From positions 1 through 64,000 of IMG/VR virus record IMGVR_UViG_3300028559_000026: DNA of 64,000 bases; one strand, written 5' to 3'. The stretch comes from a virus. Numbering within the stretch: the first letter of the stretch is position 1; each line of letters starts with the position of its first letter. This document shows, piece after piece, positions 1 to 8,841 of this stretch. The notes below the pieces were generated by a model. That model was not told the DNA's origin, made no database searches, and saw only the letters and a program-made list of their open reading frames with translations. Made by a program: the position numbers and the translations under genes.

Positions 1-1607
1 ATTCCAAGGGTGGTGAATCCTGTCTTGTTTACAAAGAAATCGCTATCGGTAAAGGTGTAAGTAAAAGTTGGTGTGTTATCAATTGAGATTTCGAGAGTTT
101 GTGGCGATGACAAAGCCTTCCAAAATGCTGATGGATTTCCCTTGACAATCGCCTGTCTTCCATCCTTCGATAGAAGACGATCGTTTTTATAGAGTTTTAG
201 TGAGTAAGTTTTACCTCTTGGTACTCCTAGCCATTGGTTGGCATCAATACCATTTGGTGTTGCAAGTTCAATATCTTCATTTGTGTCAGTCTTAGCGAAG
301 AAAGCAACATAAGTACCATGATTAACAGTACGAGCTGACCAATTCAAATCCTTATTCGAGTTAACGCTAGCAACTACCTCATACGCAGAAGCATTGCCGA
401 TTTCAGTAAACCCAGCATCAAACGTATGCTCAGTAACGATACCTGCTACAGAGAAAGCCTGCTTGCTACCAGCCACCAAGGTAAATGGTGCAGCAATAGA
501 AGTGACCAGGAATGCCTTAGCCACGGGGCGATTGACAAGCTCAAAGTCAGTCTCGCCACCAATTGCATCATCTACGATCACTTCGATCGGGACGCCCTGA
601 GAACTTTCCTCATAACCACTACCATCATCAACGTACAGTACGCTTGGGCTCTCATCAATACCGCGTACAAAGCTGGCTGATACTACCTTGCTGTTTTCGT
701 CTGGCGCTACTGCCCCGATGGGTGCTGTGACAAGAGCTAGTACGGTGCCCTTGGACTTGCTATTACGGACCGCTGCAATACGCTCGGAGTACTCTTCATC
801 ATCCTCGGTCTTGTTACCATTGGTAAAGGGAAGTGGATTAACCACCGTGGCACCAGTAAATGGTACGCTGGCAAATTGACGAATGGATGTAGCGGGTACA
901 TTGCCCACCAAACCCGATACCTGTGCCACTACTGGTACATTATATACAAATACCTCACCATCTGGAATAGTGGCCGTGTATATAGTGGTGAAACGTACTG
1001 CATCACGAGCATTGCCCGGTGGGGTCTGTACGATGGTCCCTGATCCTATAATTCGATTTCCACCTTGTGCAAGTACCACAGTCTCGTTTTGATTATGGAA
1101 TCGAAGAGATGGGTTAACCAGCGTCAAGGTCCAGTTGGTACCATTATCAGTAACGGCACTATAGGCAAGGGGACCTTCATAATTGGTGGTGCTCCGACCA
1201 ATATAGATATTGCCAGAAGCTGGAAACTGTGATCCATCCACAATGTCGATCGCTACGCTGCCAGCGATAGGTGCTGGTGAAGCCTGCGAGATGCTTGTGG
1301 AAATCTTGGTGAAGTTCTGATCACCAATGTCTACCAGACCACTGGATGGCGATTCTAGTTGACGTGGTACATTCTCGTCTGCTCCAATACGATCCAAAGC
1401 AACACCCTTGGCACGCTTCAGGGAATTGGAATTGAGAAGGGAGAAAGTGTCTTGACTATTTCTCATGTCCGACTGTGCGGCAGCTTCCAGGATGGAAAGT
1501 ACTGCAGAGCCCTTCTTCATGCTGCGAATACCATAACGCGACAGAAAGCTGTCCGCTAGTTGGCCCAGGACTTCTGGAAATGCGCGTGGTGTAGGTGTCG
1601 TCGCCAT
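1..1607 (-). CDS. Baseplate wedge J-like protein (partial, runs off window start)
   Basis: Not in the ORF track because it is truncated. Hand translation from ATG 1607: MATTPTPRAFPEVLGQLADSFLSRYG...GSAVLSILEAAA...AKGVALDRIG...GNVPATSI...VVNPLPFTNGNKTEDDEEYSERI...KGT, a baseplate-J pattern. AAGGAG SD upstream. Confidence 0.8.
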   Translation of the reverse strand, partial: MATTPTPRAFPEVLGQLADSFLSRYGIRSMKKGSAVLSILEAAAQSDMRNSQDTFSLLNSNSLKRAKGVALDRIGADENVPRQLESPSSGLVDIGDQNFTKISTSISQASPAPIAGSVAIDIVDGSQFPASGNIYIGRSTTNYEGPLAYSAVTDNGTNWTLTLVNPSLRFHNQNETVVLAQGGNRIIGSGTIVQTPPGNARDAVRFTTIYTATIPDGEVFVYNVPVVAQVSGLVGNVPATSIRQFASVPFTGATVVNPLPFTNGNKTEDDEEYSERIAAVRNSKSKGTVLALVTAPIGAVAPDENSKVVSASFVRGIDESPSVLYVDDGSGYEESSQGVPIEVIVDDAIGGETDFELVNRPVAKAFLVTSIAAPFTLVAGSKQAFSVAGIVTEHTFDAGFTEIGNASAYEVVASVNSNKDLNWSARTVNHGTYVAFFAKTDTNEDIELATPNGIDANQWLGVPRGKTYSLKLYKNDRLLSKDGRQAIVKGNPSAFWKALSSPQTLEISIDNTPTFTYTFTDSDFFVNKTGFTTLG

Positions 1608-1614
1608 TTAATAC

Positions 1615-1642
1615 TTGCTCCTTAGATTGGGTGTGATATAGT
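1615..1642 (+). promoter_or_regulatory. sigma70-like promoter
   Basis: TTGCTC-16-TATAGT with extended TG, ahead of a plus-strand gene cluster. Confidence 0.5.
1624..1628 (-). promoter_or_regulatory. AATCT late-promoter motif (leadered variant)
   Basis: AATCT-AAGGAG...-ATG(1607), spacer 16 nt containing an SD. Confidence 0.5.
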
Positions 1643-1661
1643 AGAGATTGGGGTGAATACC

Positions 1662-1979
1662 ATGGATTACCAAGTCTCAAGTCTCTTCAATACCAGAATA
1701 CTCTTCTGTGATAGCAACGGAAAATATGTGGAGTTATGCCCCACTGGACAGTATCGGTGGGAACCTGGACAGGTGTTGTGTAAATCATTACAAAAGATAA
1801 CTGTATACAATCATAAGACACGTAACGACGATGTGGTAGGGTATGTGGCTCATATGAATGGTTGGTGGACATCTATTGCGTGGTCCCTGTCTGGTCATAA
1901 CGCCCAAATAGGCAAGAAAGAACGTAGTCGTGATGTCGCCATTGCGGTTATCCTTGACTATGTAAAATCAAATGGATAA
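1662..1979 (+). CDS. hypothetical protein
   Basis: ORF track 1653..1979; ATG 1662 follows a GGGGTGA SD. Confidence 0.6.
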   Translation: MDYQVSSLFNTRILFCDSNGKYVELCPTGQYRWEPGQVLCKSLQKITVYNHKTRNDDVVGYVAHMNGWWTSIAWSLSGHNAQIGKKERSRDVAIAVILDYVKSNG

Positions 1980-2021
1980 ATCGGGCATTTTTAATGATAT
2001 TAGACGTATCCTTGGGCTTCC

Positions 2022-2249
2022 GTGTATTTCACGAAAGAAATGATGCAACTGATTGACGAGCTATACGAAGTCAAGAAGAAAGCACGGACATCCTATTGTT
2101 TTTACTGTGTAGGTAGAAAGACCACTATCCCTCCATATGTAGATGGTAATGGTGTCGGGCACGCTGCTAATTGTGGCAATACGAATTGCATGGACAAAGA
2201 TGCACGAATGGTGGTAAACCAAATGCAATCAAAGGAACAACATCAATGA
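2022..2249 (+). CDS. hypothetical protein, CxxC/CxxxxC zinc-binding-like
   Basis: CFYC and CGNTNC motifs; ATGA overlap with the next gene. Confidence 0.55.
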   Translation: MYFTKEMMQLIDELYEVKKKARTSYCFYCVGRKTTIPPYVDGNGVGHAANCGNTNCMDKDARMVVNQMQSKEQHQ

Positions 2250-2605
2250 CAGCTTATTTTGACAAGAAACACGAGCAGCTACGAAAGCTAGCGGCTCAAT
2301 TCCGGGAACATGATGATTTTGGTGCGATTGGTGAAGCCATTGAGATGGAAGAAGAGATGCTGTTTGAGGTCAATCTGGTGTGTACTTTTCCAGATTTTCC
2401 GCAAGACATTGCTGATGGTATTCAACTTACTATTGCTGCCTACGCTACAGAACCTCTGGGCTTTAACTTTCATAATGAAGATGATCATGCTATTTTCGCT
2501 CGGCTGGACCGTTTGGTCTTTGACCTACACGCCTTAACATCTCCAGTCACATACTTGGAAATGTCAAGTGGAATCATCAGATCAGCAGCCTTGCGTTCAC
2601 GTTAA
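2246..2605 (+). CDS. hypothetical protein
   Basis: ATG 2246 (MTAYFDK) coupled to the upstream stop. Confidence 0.6.
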   Translation: MTAYFDKKHEQLRKLAAQFREHDDFGAIGEAIEMEEEMLFEVNLVCTFPDFPQDIADGIQLTIAAYATEPLGFNFHNEDDHAIFARLDRLVFDLHALTSPVTYLEMSSGIIRSAALRSR

Positions 2606-2783
2606 TCTAGTCCATAAGAATCTCGAATACTCAGACAGTCCGAAATCTTGTTTGTGGGCAAGGTCTAATACAACAGAAGAACGACGGATATTTCTAATGA
2701 GACAGAATCCTAAGCATGCCAAATATATGGCTGAATACGATGCGTGCCTCGCTAAAATAGAAGCACAACTTAAGGAGCCATAG
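2568..2783 (+). CDS. hypothetical protein
   Basis: ORF in a packed plus-strand cluster. Confidence 0.45.
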   Translation: MESSDQQPCVHVNLVHKNLEYSDSPKSCLWARSNTTEERRIFLMRQNPKHAKYMAEYDACLAKIEAQLKEP

Positions 2784-3067
2784 ATGGAACTATCGCACGA
2801 AGCGTGGACAGTTATATTGATACTGTGGACGGTGGCATGGCTAATGATGCTGCTTGTTAGTGATTGTTGCGCTGTTAACCATAGATATAGTGATCTTGAT
2901 GATTATTTTCCAAATTGATGGACTAAACGACATCATGCAATTATCACGCTATTCTTTCCGGGGACGTACCTACTATCAGTGCCATACTGGCTATTTATAG
3001 GACTACGCATCATATGTCAGCGTGTCCGCAAACTATGGATTTTGGCAACCACAATTAAGGAGTGAGG

Positions 3068-3532
3068 ATGACTATTAATGAGCAAGTACAAGAAACCATT
3101 GCCAACACCGTCGAGGCTTTGGTTAAAGAGGCGGTAATTGCTGTAGTGAGTAAACCGCTGCTAGAGAAATTGATCAAAGAGAAGATCACGAAGGTTATTA
3201 CAGACTTGGTGATTGCTTGCTGCCCAAATCATGACGATATCAGGACTGCGTTCACTAACGAGCTGAAGCCTATTGTCCGTGAACAAGCGCAGTTGGCTGC
3301 TGCTAAGCTCAAAGCAATTGTACCAGAACGCATCCAGTCTGCTATTGACAAGACGGCATCCTGGGAAATCGAGAATATGGCCAAGGAAGCCGTGGTACAT
3401 ATCATGCGCCAACAGATTGGTGTCATGATTGGTAAGAAAGTGGCCCTGTTGTCGGAGCTATTCGAGAAGGCCATCAATACCACACCTATGGCAGAGAATT
3501 CGGACCCATTCAAACTTCACGACAAGGGCTAG
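3068..3532 (+). CDS. hypothetical helical protein
   Basis: AAGGAG SD; ORF track 3062..3532. Confidence 0.65.
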   Translation: MTINEQVQETIANTVEALVKEAVIAVVSKPLLEKLIKEKITKVITDLVIACCPNHDDIRTAFTNELKPIVREQAQLAAAKLKAIVPERIQSAIDKTASWEIENMAKEAVVHIMRQQIGVMIGKKVALLSELFEKAINTTPMAENSDPFKLHDKG

Positions 3533-3534
3533 CT

Positions 3535-3765
3535 ATGCGGCCACCACGTCAGGACGAGATAGACCTATGGAATTCTTTTGGACCAAGAAAGAAGCATAGA
3601 TGCCCACGAGAAGCCATCGAAGAGATGGGTATGAATTGGAAACGTGCCAGTTATCTACTACTTAAGTGGGCTAACCAAGGTCGGTATGACTATGGCGTCA
3701 GTCTGTCTTTGGGATGGAAGGTTGAATCTGGTACGGTCGCCATTGCCATGCGTAAAGTCTCGTAA
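3535..3765 (+). CDS. hypothetical protein
   Basis: Packed 2 nt after the previous stop; KW...G.YDYGVSL.LGW. Confidence 0.6.
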   Translation: MRPPRQDEIDLWNSFGPRKKHRCPREAIEEMGMNWKRASYLLLKWANQGRYDYGVSLSLGWKVESGTVAIAMRKVS

Positions 3766-3783
3766 CTACTCAGAACAAAACTC

Positions 3784-3812
3784 TTGCATTGTCTGTCCAG
3801 GTCAAGTATTCT
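3784..3812 (+). promoter_or_regulatory. sigma70-like promoter, probably leaderless for the 3820 gene
   Basis: TTGCAT-17-TATTCT, then 7 nt to ATG 3820. Confidence 0.55.
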
Positions 3813-3819
3813 CTGATTC

Positions 3820-4353
3820 ATGGGCATAAAACTTATACGCCGTAAATATTACGTCGAATTCCCCGACGCTGCTATTATAGGTTCTGATACATTTGGAATA
3901 CTTGTGGGTTGGGAGCAAGATGCCAACGATCCCGGATATTTTCATATCCAACGTTCCGTGTCATACAAATACATTCACTCGCGACCAACAGATGGGCACT
4001 GTATAGATTGCCTATCCAATACAGGTAAATGTCTTGGTTGGACTCGCGGTCCATGTGATTGTGTATTTATTATGATGATAACAGAGACAAGAAAACATCT
4101 GTGTATCAGTTATGAGGGTGTACAAGAGCTAGATTTGATAGCATCAAACGGTCGTGTTGTGAAAAACGCTAAGATTGATTTGTTGGACTCTCGAAAGAGA
4201 GAGCTTGACAGTGCGCACGATACTATTGTTAAGATGCGGGAAGAGGATGCGAAACTGAGGGCCGAAATCACACGCCTAACGCAAATTATCGAAAATATTG
4301 GCAAGTCACCAAAGACTGACACAGCATGTTTTGGTCTACTGGAGATTGATTAA
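3820..4353 (+). CDS. hypothetical protein with C-terminal coiled coil
   Basis: 177 aa ORF, TAATG coupling to the AAA gene. Confidence 0.65.
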   Translation: MGIKLIRRKYYVEFPDAAIIGSDTFGILVGWEQDANDPGYFHIQRSVSYKYIHSRPTDGHCIDCLSNTGKCLGWTRGPCDCVFIMMITETRKHLCISYEGVQELDLIASNGRVVKNAKIDLLDSRKRELDSAHDTIVKMREEDAKLRAEITRLTQIIENIGKSPKTDTACFGLLEID

Positions 4354-5591
4354 TGTTGTATCTGAAAATTCACCCGGACTCGCAATTTGCAGAACTTCTA
4401 AAGCGGCTGATAGTTAACCCAACTATTAGAACACAAGAGGTTATATCTAGCTGGCAGCACAAAGCTAGAGGTGGTGGTACCACGGACATCTCTGGTACTA
4501 GGGCAGCTTTCCTGTTAGACCTGATTGGTGAGGCGGTTACAGGTAGTTGGATTGATAAAGCCACCAAAGGTGTCATTACCATCGATGTTAAAGATGCACT
4601 TCTAGCTGATGCCCCGGTTAATGCAACCACAGTCACAGTATCACCAGCACCAGCCGATGACAGTATGGTTAAAGCACTTGAGAAGCGCATCCAGGAGCTT
4701 GAGAAGGAGCTTAAAGCGGCCAGTGGTGTCACCACCAAGGTGACACCACAAACTGCCCCAGCAGTCAAAGCAGAACCATTGGTGACACCCACCATATTCC
4801 CTTCGGTGCCTGTTAATCGTGCTAGCTTGGGTGCCAAGTTCATTGCGCCTAGTTGGTACAGTATTATGTGTGATGCACTTACATCTGGGCGTCATGTATC
4901 CATTGCTGGGCCTCCTGGTCCTGGCAAGAGTACAGCACCCGAAGAGTACTTCATAGATAAGGGCCAGCCATACATCATAGTCAATGGTGATGGTGGGCTA
5001 CGGCGTAGGGATTTGGAGGGCACCAAGGAAATTGGTGGTGGTTCGTCATTCTTTCAGGTTGCAGAATTTGCAGCAGCAGCTATTATGGGATGGGGGGCGA
5101 TACTAAATGAAGTCAATGCTGCTGAGCCTGATGCTCTTTTACTTATTAATGGAATTATCGAAACTCCAAGATGCGTTACCGTAAATGGTAAGACCTATCC
5201 GGTGCATAAAGACTTCCGATTGGTGGTCACGTACAATCCTGGTCTTGCTGGTACCAAGCCATTGCCACCAGCTTTCAAGGATAGGTTCTTCCCTATCAAG
5301 CTCGGGTTTGTAAGCAAGTCTTTTTTGAAGAAAATGTTGGTGGTGCATGGCATGCCAGATAATGCGCCATACAGTGATTTACTGATTGACTTTGCACAAG
5401 AGCTATGGAAGACTCAGGAGTCTGGTAGTATGAGGTATCAGATATCGCCCCGACGTTTGTTTGATGCTGTATTTTTGATTGAGAAAGTCAAGAGGTCGCC
5501 CAAGCAAGCTGTCCAGCAGGCCGTGGTGGACGCTATTGACAGCCATAGCGATTGTGCTGTAATTAATGCCATTATCGACAAGATGTTTTAG
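4353..5591 (+). CDS. MoxR-type (CbbQ/NirQ/CobS-like) AAA+ ATPase
   Basis: Walker A GPPGPGKS, Walker B-like ILNEVN, VHKDFRLVVTYNPG, AFKDRF, ISPRRL. Confidence 0.9.
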   Translation: MLYLKIHPDSQFAELLKRLIVNPTIRTQEVISSWQHKARGGGTTDISGTRAAFLLDLIGEAVTGSWIDKATKGVITIDVKDALLADAPVNATTVTVSPAPADDSMVKALEKRIQELEKELKAASGVTTKVTPQTAPAVKAEPLVTPTIFPSVPVNRASLGAKFIAPSWYSIMCDALTSGRHVSIAGPPGPGKSTAPEEYFIDKGQPYIIVNGDGGLRRRDLEGTKEIGGGSSFFQVAEFAAAAIMGWGAILNEVNAAEPDALLLINGIIETPRCVTVNGKTYPVHKDFRLVVTYNPGLAGTKPLPPAFKDRFFPIKLGFVSKSFLKKMLVVHGMPDNAPYSDLLIDFAQELWKTQESGSMRYQISPRRLFDAVFLIEKVKRSPKQAVQQAVVDAIDSHSDCAVINAIIDKMF

Positions 5592-5602
5592 GAGTTTTTA
5601 TT

Positions 5603-6151
5603 ATGAAAATGACAGTATGGAAAATTACTGATTCATCTAATTACACAACAGCATATCACCATATGGAACTTATACACGAATTGCAATGGGGACCGATGGT
5701 GACTCACACAGCCGCTGGTCCAGACTTGGAATTATGTACAAATGGCGCTATTCACGCCTATTTGCACCCTATGTTAGCGGCACTTCTTAACCCATTGCAT
5801 AGGCTATGGATAGCAGAAGCTGATATTGATGGTGGTATTGTACCGCCAAACTGGCAGACTGATTGTTCTAAAATTGGTGTTCGTACTTTAACCACCATCA
5901 AAACAGTCGATTTTCCCCAAATTATGGTTGGGGATATTATGAAACTGATTGACGCTGCTGGCATATCTCCCGAAGACCTCAATCATCAAAATTATGGGTT
6001 TTTTAGATACTGGAACAAGCATTTTCGACACAAACAGATCGCCTGTAATTATCGAGCGGCATCTTTCATGGCGGAGCTGATTCAGCTATGTCCGAATATC
6101 TTGCATATTCTCAATGAGAATTGGCCCGTCAACCAGGATGGTGTTGTATGA
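5603..6151 (+). CDS. hypothetical phage protein, paralog of 6148..6759
   Basis: Shares WK.T, ELCT.G.IHAY.HP.LA.LLNP.H and K.GV.TLTTIK with its neighbour; AGGAG SD. Confidence 0.75.
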   Translation: MKMTVWKITDSSNYTTAYHHMELIHELQWGPMVTHTAAGPDLELCTNGAIHAYLHPMLAALLNPLHRLWIAEADIDGGIVPPNWQTDCSKIGVRTLTTIKTVDFPQIMVGDIMKLIDAAGISPEDLNHQNYGFFRYWNKHFRHKQIACNYRAASFMAELIQLCPNILHILNENWPVNQDGVV

Positions 6152-6759
6152 GACTATGGAAGCTGACTACTCAGGATAATCGTACGTGGGCACCAAGAGG
6201 TAGCCACTGTCTACTTTGGGGTGAGAATATCACTCATATCGCTGAGGGGCCAGCACTAGAGCTGTGTACTAGCGGTGTCATTCATGCTTATGTACATCCC
6301 GTACTAGCCATACTCTTGAATCCAATTCATGGAAACTATGAAGATCCTAAGCTATGGTTAGCTGAGGGTAATATGGCTGGTACTGATAAACAAGGACCAG
6401 TGGATTACAACAACACTAAGGTCGGCGTCAAAACACTGACCACTATCAAGCAGATACCATATCCCAAAATTACCAAGCGTCAATTGGTCGAAGCTGCATT
6501 GATGTTTGATGAAATTGAAGACCTACAAAAGTCTGGGAGCAACATACCTAAACTCCTCGTTCATGACTGTTGGAAATTTAATTGTGCTCCCGAGGAGCAC
6601 TATGCTAGAGCTGTAAGTTGGGTCAATTTGATGAGTAGTGATTCTATTCACCAGTACCATCGTTTAGGACCAGGGCGACCTTATACACATGCCATGGATG
6701 TATTTAACAAAATCTGGCCTGTAGATCCACTATCTACTGGACCACGGTTTGAGCTATGA
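6148..6759 (+). CDS. hypothetical phage protein, paralog of 5603..6151
   Basis: ATG 6148 (MRLWKLT), ATGA coupling; shared motifs. Confidence 0.75.
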   Translation: MRLWKLTTQDNRTWAPRGSHCLLWGENITHIAEGPALELCTSGVIHAYVHPVLAILLNPIHGNYEDPKLWLAEGNMAGTDKQGPVDYNNTKVGVKTLTTIKQIPYPKITKRQLVEAALMFDEIEDLQKSGSNIPKLLVHDCWKFNCAPEEHYARAVSWVNLMSSDSIHQYHRLGPGRPYTHAMDVFNKIWPVDPLSTGPRFEL

Positions 6760-7673
6760 GCGACCAAACAGAACAGACTAGAAAAGTTAATGCTCAATGG
6801 ATTAAAAAGCGTGACAATTATCAGAAACGATTGATCGATGAAGCATCACGCTCTGCCAATAAAGAAGCTGATTTTCTATCTGAATTCGCTCTCTCTTTGA
6901 GGCGAAAGGAAAGGATTGGTCTGGCTGATGGTGCCTGGATTGAAGAACCTGACCGGCTGTATAGCGATGGGTGTGTATTTGGTGAAGAAGCGAAGTCTGT
7001 ACAGCTTAAACTACAAATAGCCTTGTGTATTGACGTGTCTGCAAGCACGTACAATAACAATGTGGCGCATATGATTGGCCAAGCCGTTATCGGGCTTGAC
7101 ATGGCTATCAGAAGGGCAGCTATGGACCTGCCAGAAGGCGCTATCACCTACCAAGTCTTCGCCTTTAACAGAAACACCTATCGTGTCAGCCAAGCAGATG
7201 TCAAGAACTTTGCCGTGACCGAAGATGGGTGTTTCAAGTGGGGATATTTTACCACCACCATCCAGGGTCGAAGATACGAGCATCAAACAAGTCAAGCCCT
7301 AAATACTTTGATCCTTAAATCAAAGCTAACCAAACTGCCCCACATCGAGTACGAAGATGATTGGATGGAGACTTACCTTTTCCCTCTATTCTTAGAGATA
7401 AAGAAGTGGGAAGGTGAAAACGATGCAAATATCAAATTAGATATTATCTTAACAGATGGCCAGTTTGATGATGCTGATGATATACATAAAGCTGATATGG
7501 TGCAGGACAGGCGTGATGGTAAAATCACTACCATTGTGCTTAACTTCCTAAAGAGGGATGAGTGGAAGACATCTACTCTACCTAATAGGTGTCTCCAGTA
7601 TGAAGCTAACGGGGATAATTTAGGGAATCAAATCAAGCAGATTCTAAGTAGACAGCTTACTGCTCTTACGTAG
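6756..7673 (+). CDS. VWA (MIDAS) domain protein, probable partner of the MoxR ATPase
   Basis: LCIDVSAST (DxSxS), IILTDG; same operon as the AAA. Confidence 0.8.
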   Translation: MSDQTEQTRKVNAQWIKKRDNYQKRLIDEASRSANKEADFLSEFALSLRRKERIGLADGAWIEEPDRLYSDGCVFGEEAKSVQLKLQIALCIDVSASTYNNNVAHMIGQAVIGLDMAIRRAAMDLPEGAITYQVFAFNRNTYRVSQADVKNFAVTEDGCFKWGYFTTTIQGRRYEHQTSQALNTLILKSKLTKLPHIEYEDDWMETYLFPLFLEIKKWEGENDANIKLDIILTDGQFDDADDIHKADMVQDRRDGKITTIVLNFLKRDEWKTSTLPNRCLQYEANGDNLGNQIKQILSRQLTALT

Positions 7674-7892
7674 TCGTATCAAGTTTCGGATAGAAATTAG
7701 ACTCCACACCGTAGAACCAATCGCCCATATCTGAAGTCCATATCGAATATTGAAAACTACATAACCTAGTTGTGCTGCTAGCCAGACATATTCTTTACGG
7801 ATTGGATTGGGAATCAGCAAAGAGACGGTACTACCAGCTAGCAGCACAAACTGGCCAATATTTTTAACCAAATCAATATTGGCCATATCCAT
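7644..7892 (-). CDS. small membrane protein
   Basis: Three hydrophobic segments and a basic C-terminus. Confidence 0.55.
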   Translation of the reverse strand: MDMANIDLVKNIGQFVLLAGSTVSLLIPNPIRKEYVWLAAQLGYVVFNIRYGLQIWAIGSTVWSLISIRNLIRLRKSSKLST

Positions 7893-8804
7893 CTAGTTAG
7901 CCTTCTTCTTGTCGAATGGTGGCTGGTCGCCATTCATATTCACAACCTTGATCTTCAGAGACTTCGGGGCTGTCTTCAAGCTATTCAGTAAATCCATAAC
8001 TTTTGGGAGGCGTGATGTAGCAGTAACGCTGTCATCCTTAAGGAGACTCACAAGCTCTGTCAAAACCTTCTCGTGCTGCGCATTAGTAGTATCACTAATC
8101 TTAGATGCTTTGGGCTTGGCGGTGGCTACATCCAATAGCTTGATCAATTCATCCATAGCTGCCACTTCCTTTGGAGTGTATCGAGTCTTTGGGATGTTCA
8201 AAACATCCTTCGGGACGGTCTGTTGGGCCTCAGTGCTATTCTGGGCAACAGTAGCCTTCATGCTGTCGATATGCTTCATGCAATCATTGTATAGACTGGT
8301 AGGCTTGTCGCTGGTTGAACGTGCGGTGCAGTTAGGGCAAGCGAGGCCGTGTAGCTTGTCTGCCACCTTCTGTACTCGCTGGTCTGCATCACGCAGCTCT
8401 TGGGCCAGGACAGTGATGATGTTGTTAAAACCAGGCTGCGTGCTGTTGTGGACATCCTGGTAAGCTGCCTGGATGGCGTCAGGCAATGCCTTGATCTTAA
8501 GAGTACTGACCGCACGACCAACCACGGCACTAAGAGCGGTGGCGTAAGCTGCCTCATTATCGCTACTCATCGCAGTGTCAGCGGTAGAGAACATCACAGC
8601 CAGGGCACCAGTTAACTCAGAGCTGGTCAGCACGGGGCTGTCGTCACGGATCTGGTCAGACGCGATACAGTACACAGCCTTAATTGATGCTGGGTCGTCA
8701 AGTGGCTCTGGGACGTTGGCAGTAGTCGATGCCATAAGGTGCAGGTAGTACGAGTACAGGGAATTTGGGCGCTTCTTAGTCTCGGTCTTCTTCTTGGTAG
8801 TCAT
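7893..8804 (-). CDS. hypothetical protein
   Basis: 303 aa ORF with AAAGGA SD. Confidence 0.7.
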   Translation of the reverse strand: MTTKKKTETKKRPNSLYSYYLHLMASTTANVPEPLDDPASIKAVYCIASDQIRDDSPVLTSSELTGALAVMFSTADTAMSSDNEAAYATALSAVVGRAVSTLKIKALPDAIQAAYQDVHNSTQPGFNNIITVLAQELRDADQRVQKVADKLHGLACPNCTARSTSDKPTSLYNDCMKHIDSMKATVAQNSTEAQQTVPKDVLNIPKTRYTPKEVAAMDELIKLLDVATAKPKASKISDTTNAQHEKVLTELVSLLKDDSVTATSRLPKVMDLLNSLKTAPKSLKIKVVNMNGDQPPFDKKKAN

Positions 8805-8841
8805 AGCCGTATCCTTTGGGTAGAAGTTCGTTACCCAAATT

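Noticed and set aside
4330-4353. C-terminal FGLLEID motif as a shared docking tag
   Set aside because: Only one clear instance here (plus a weak RFEL at 6759); not enough to claim a pattern
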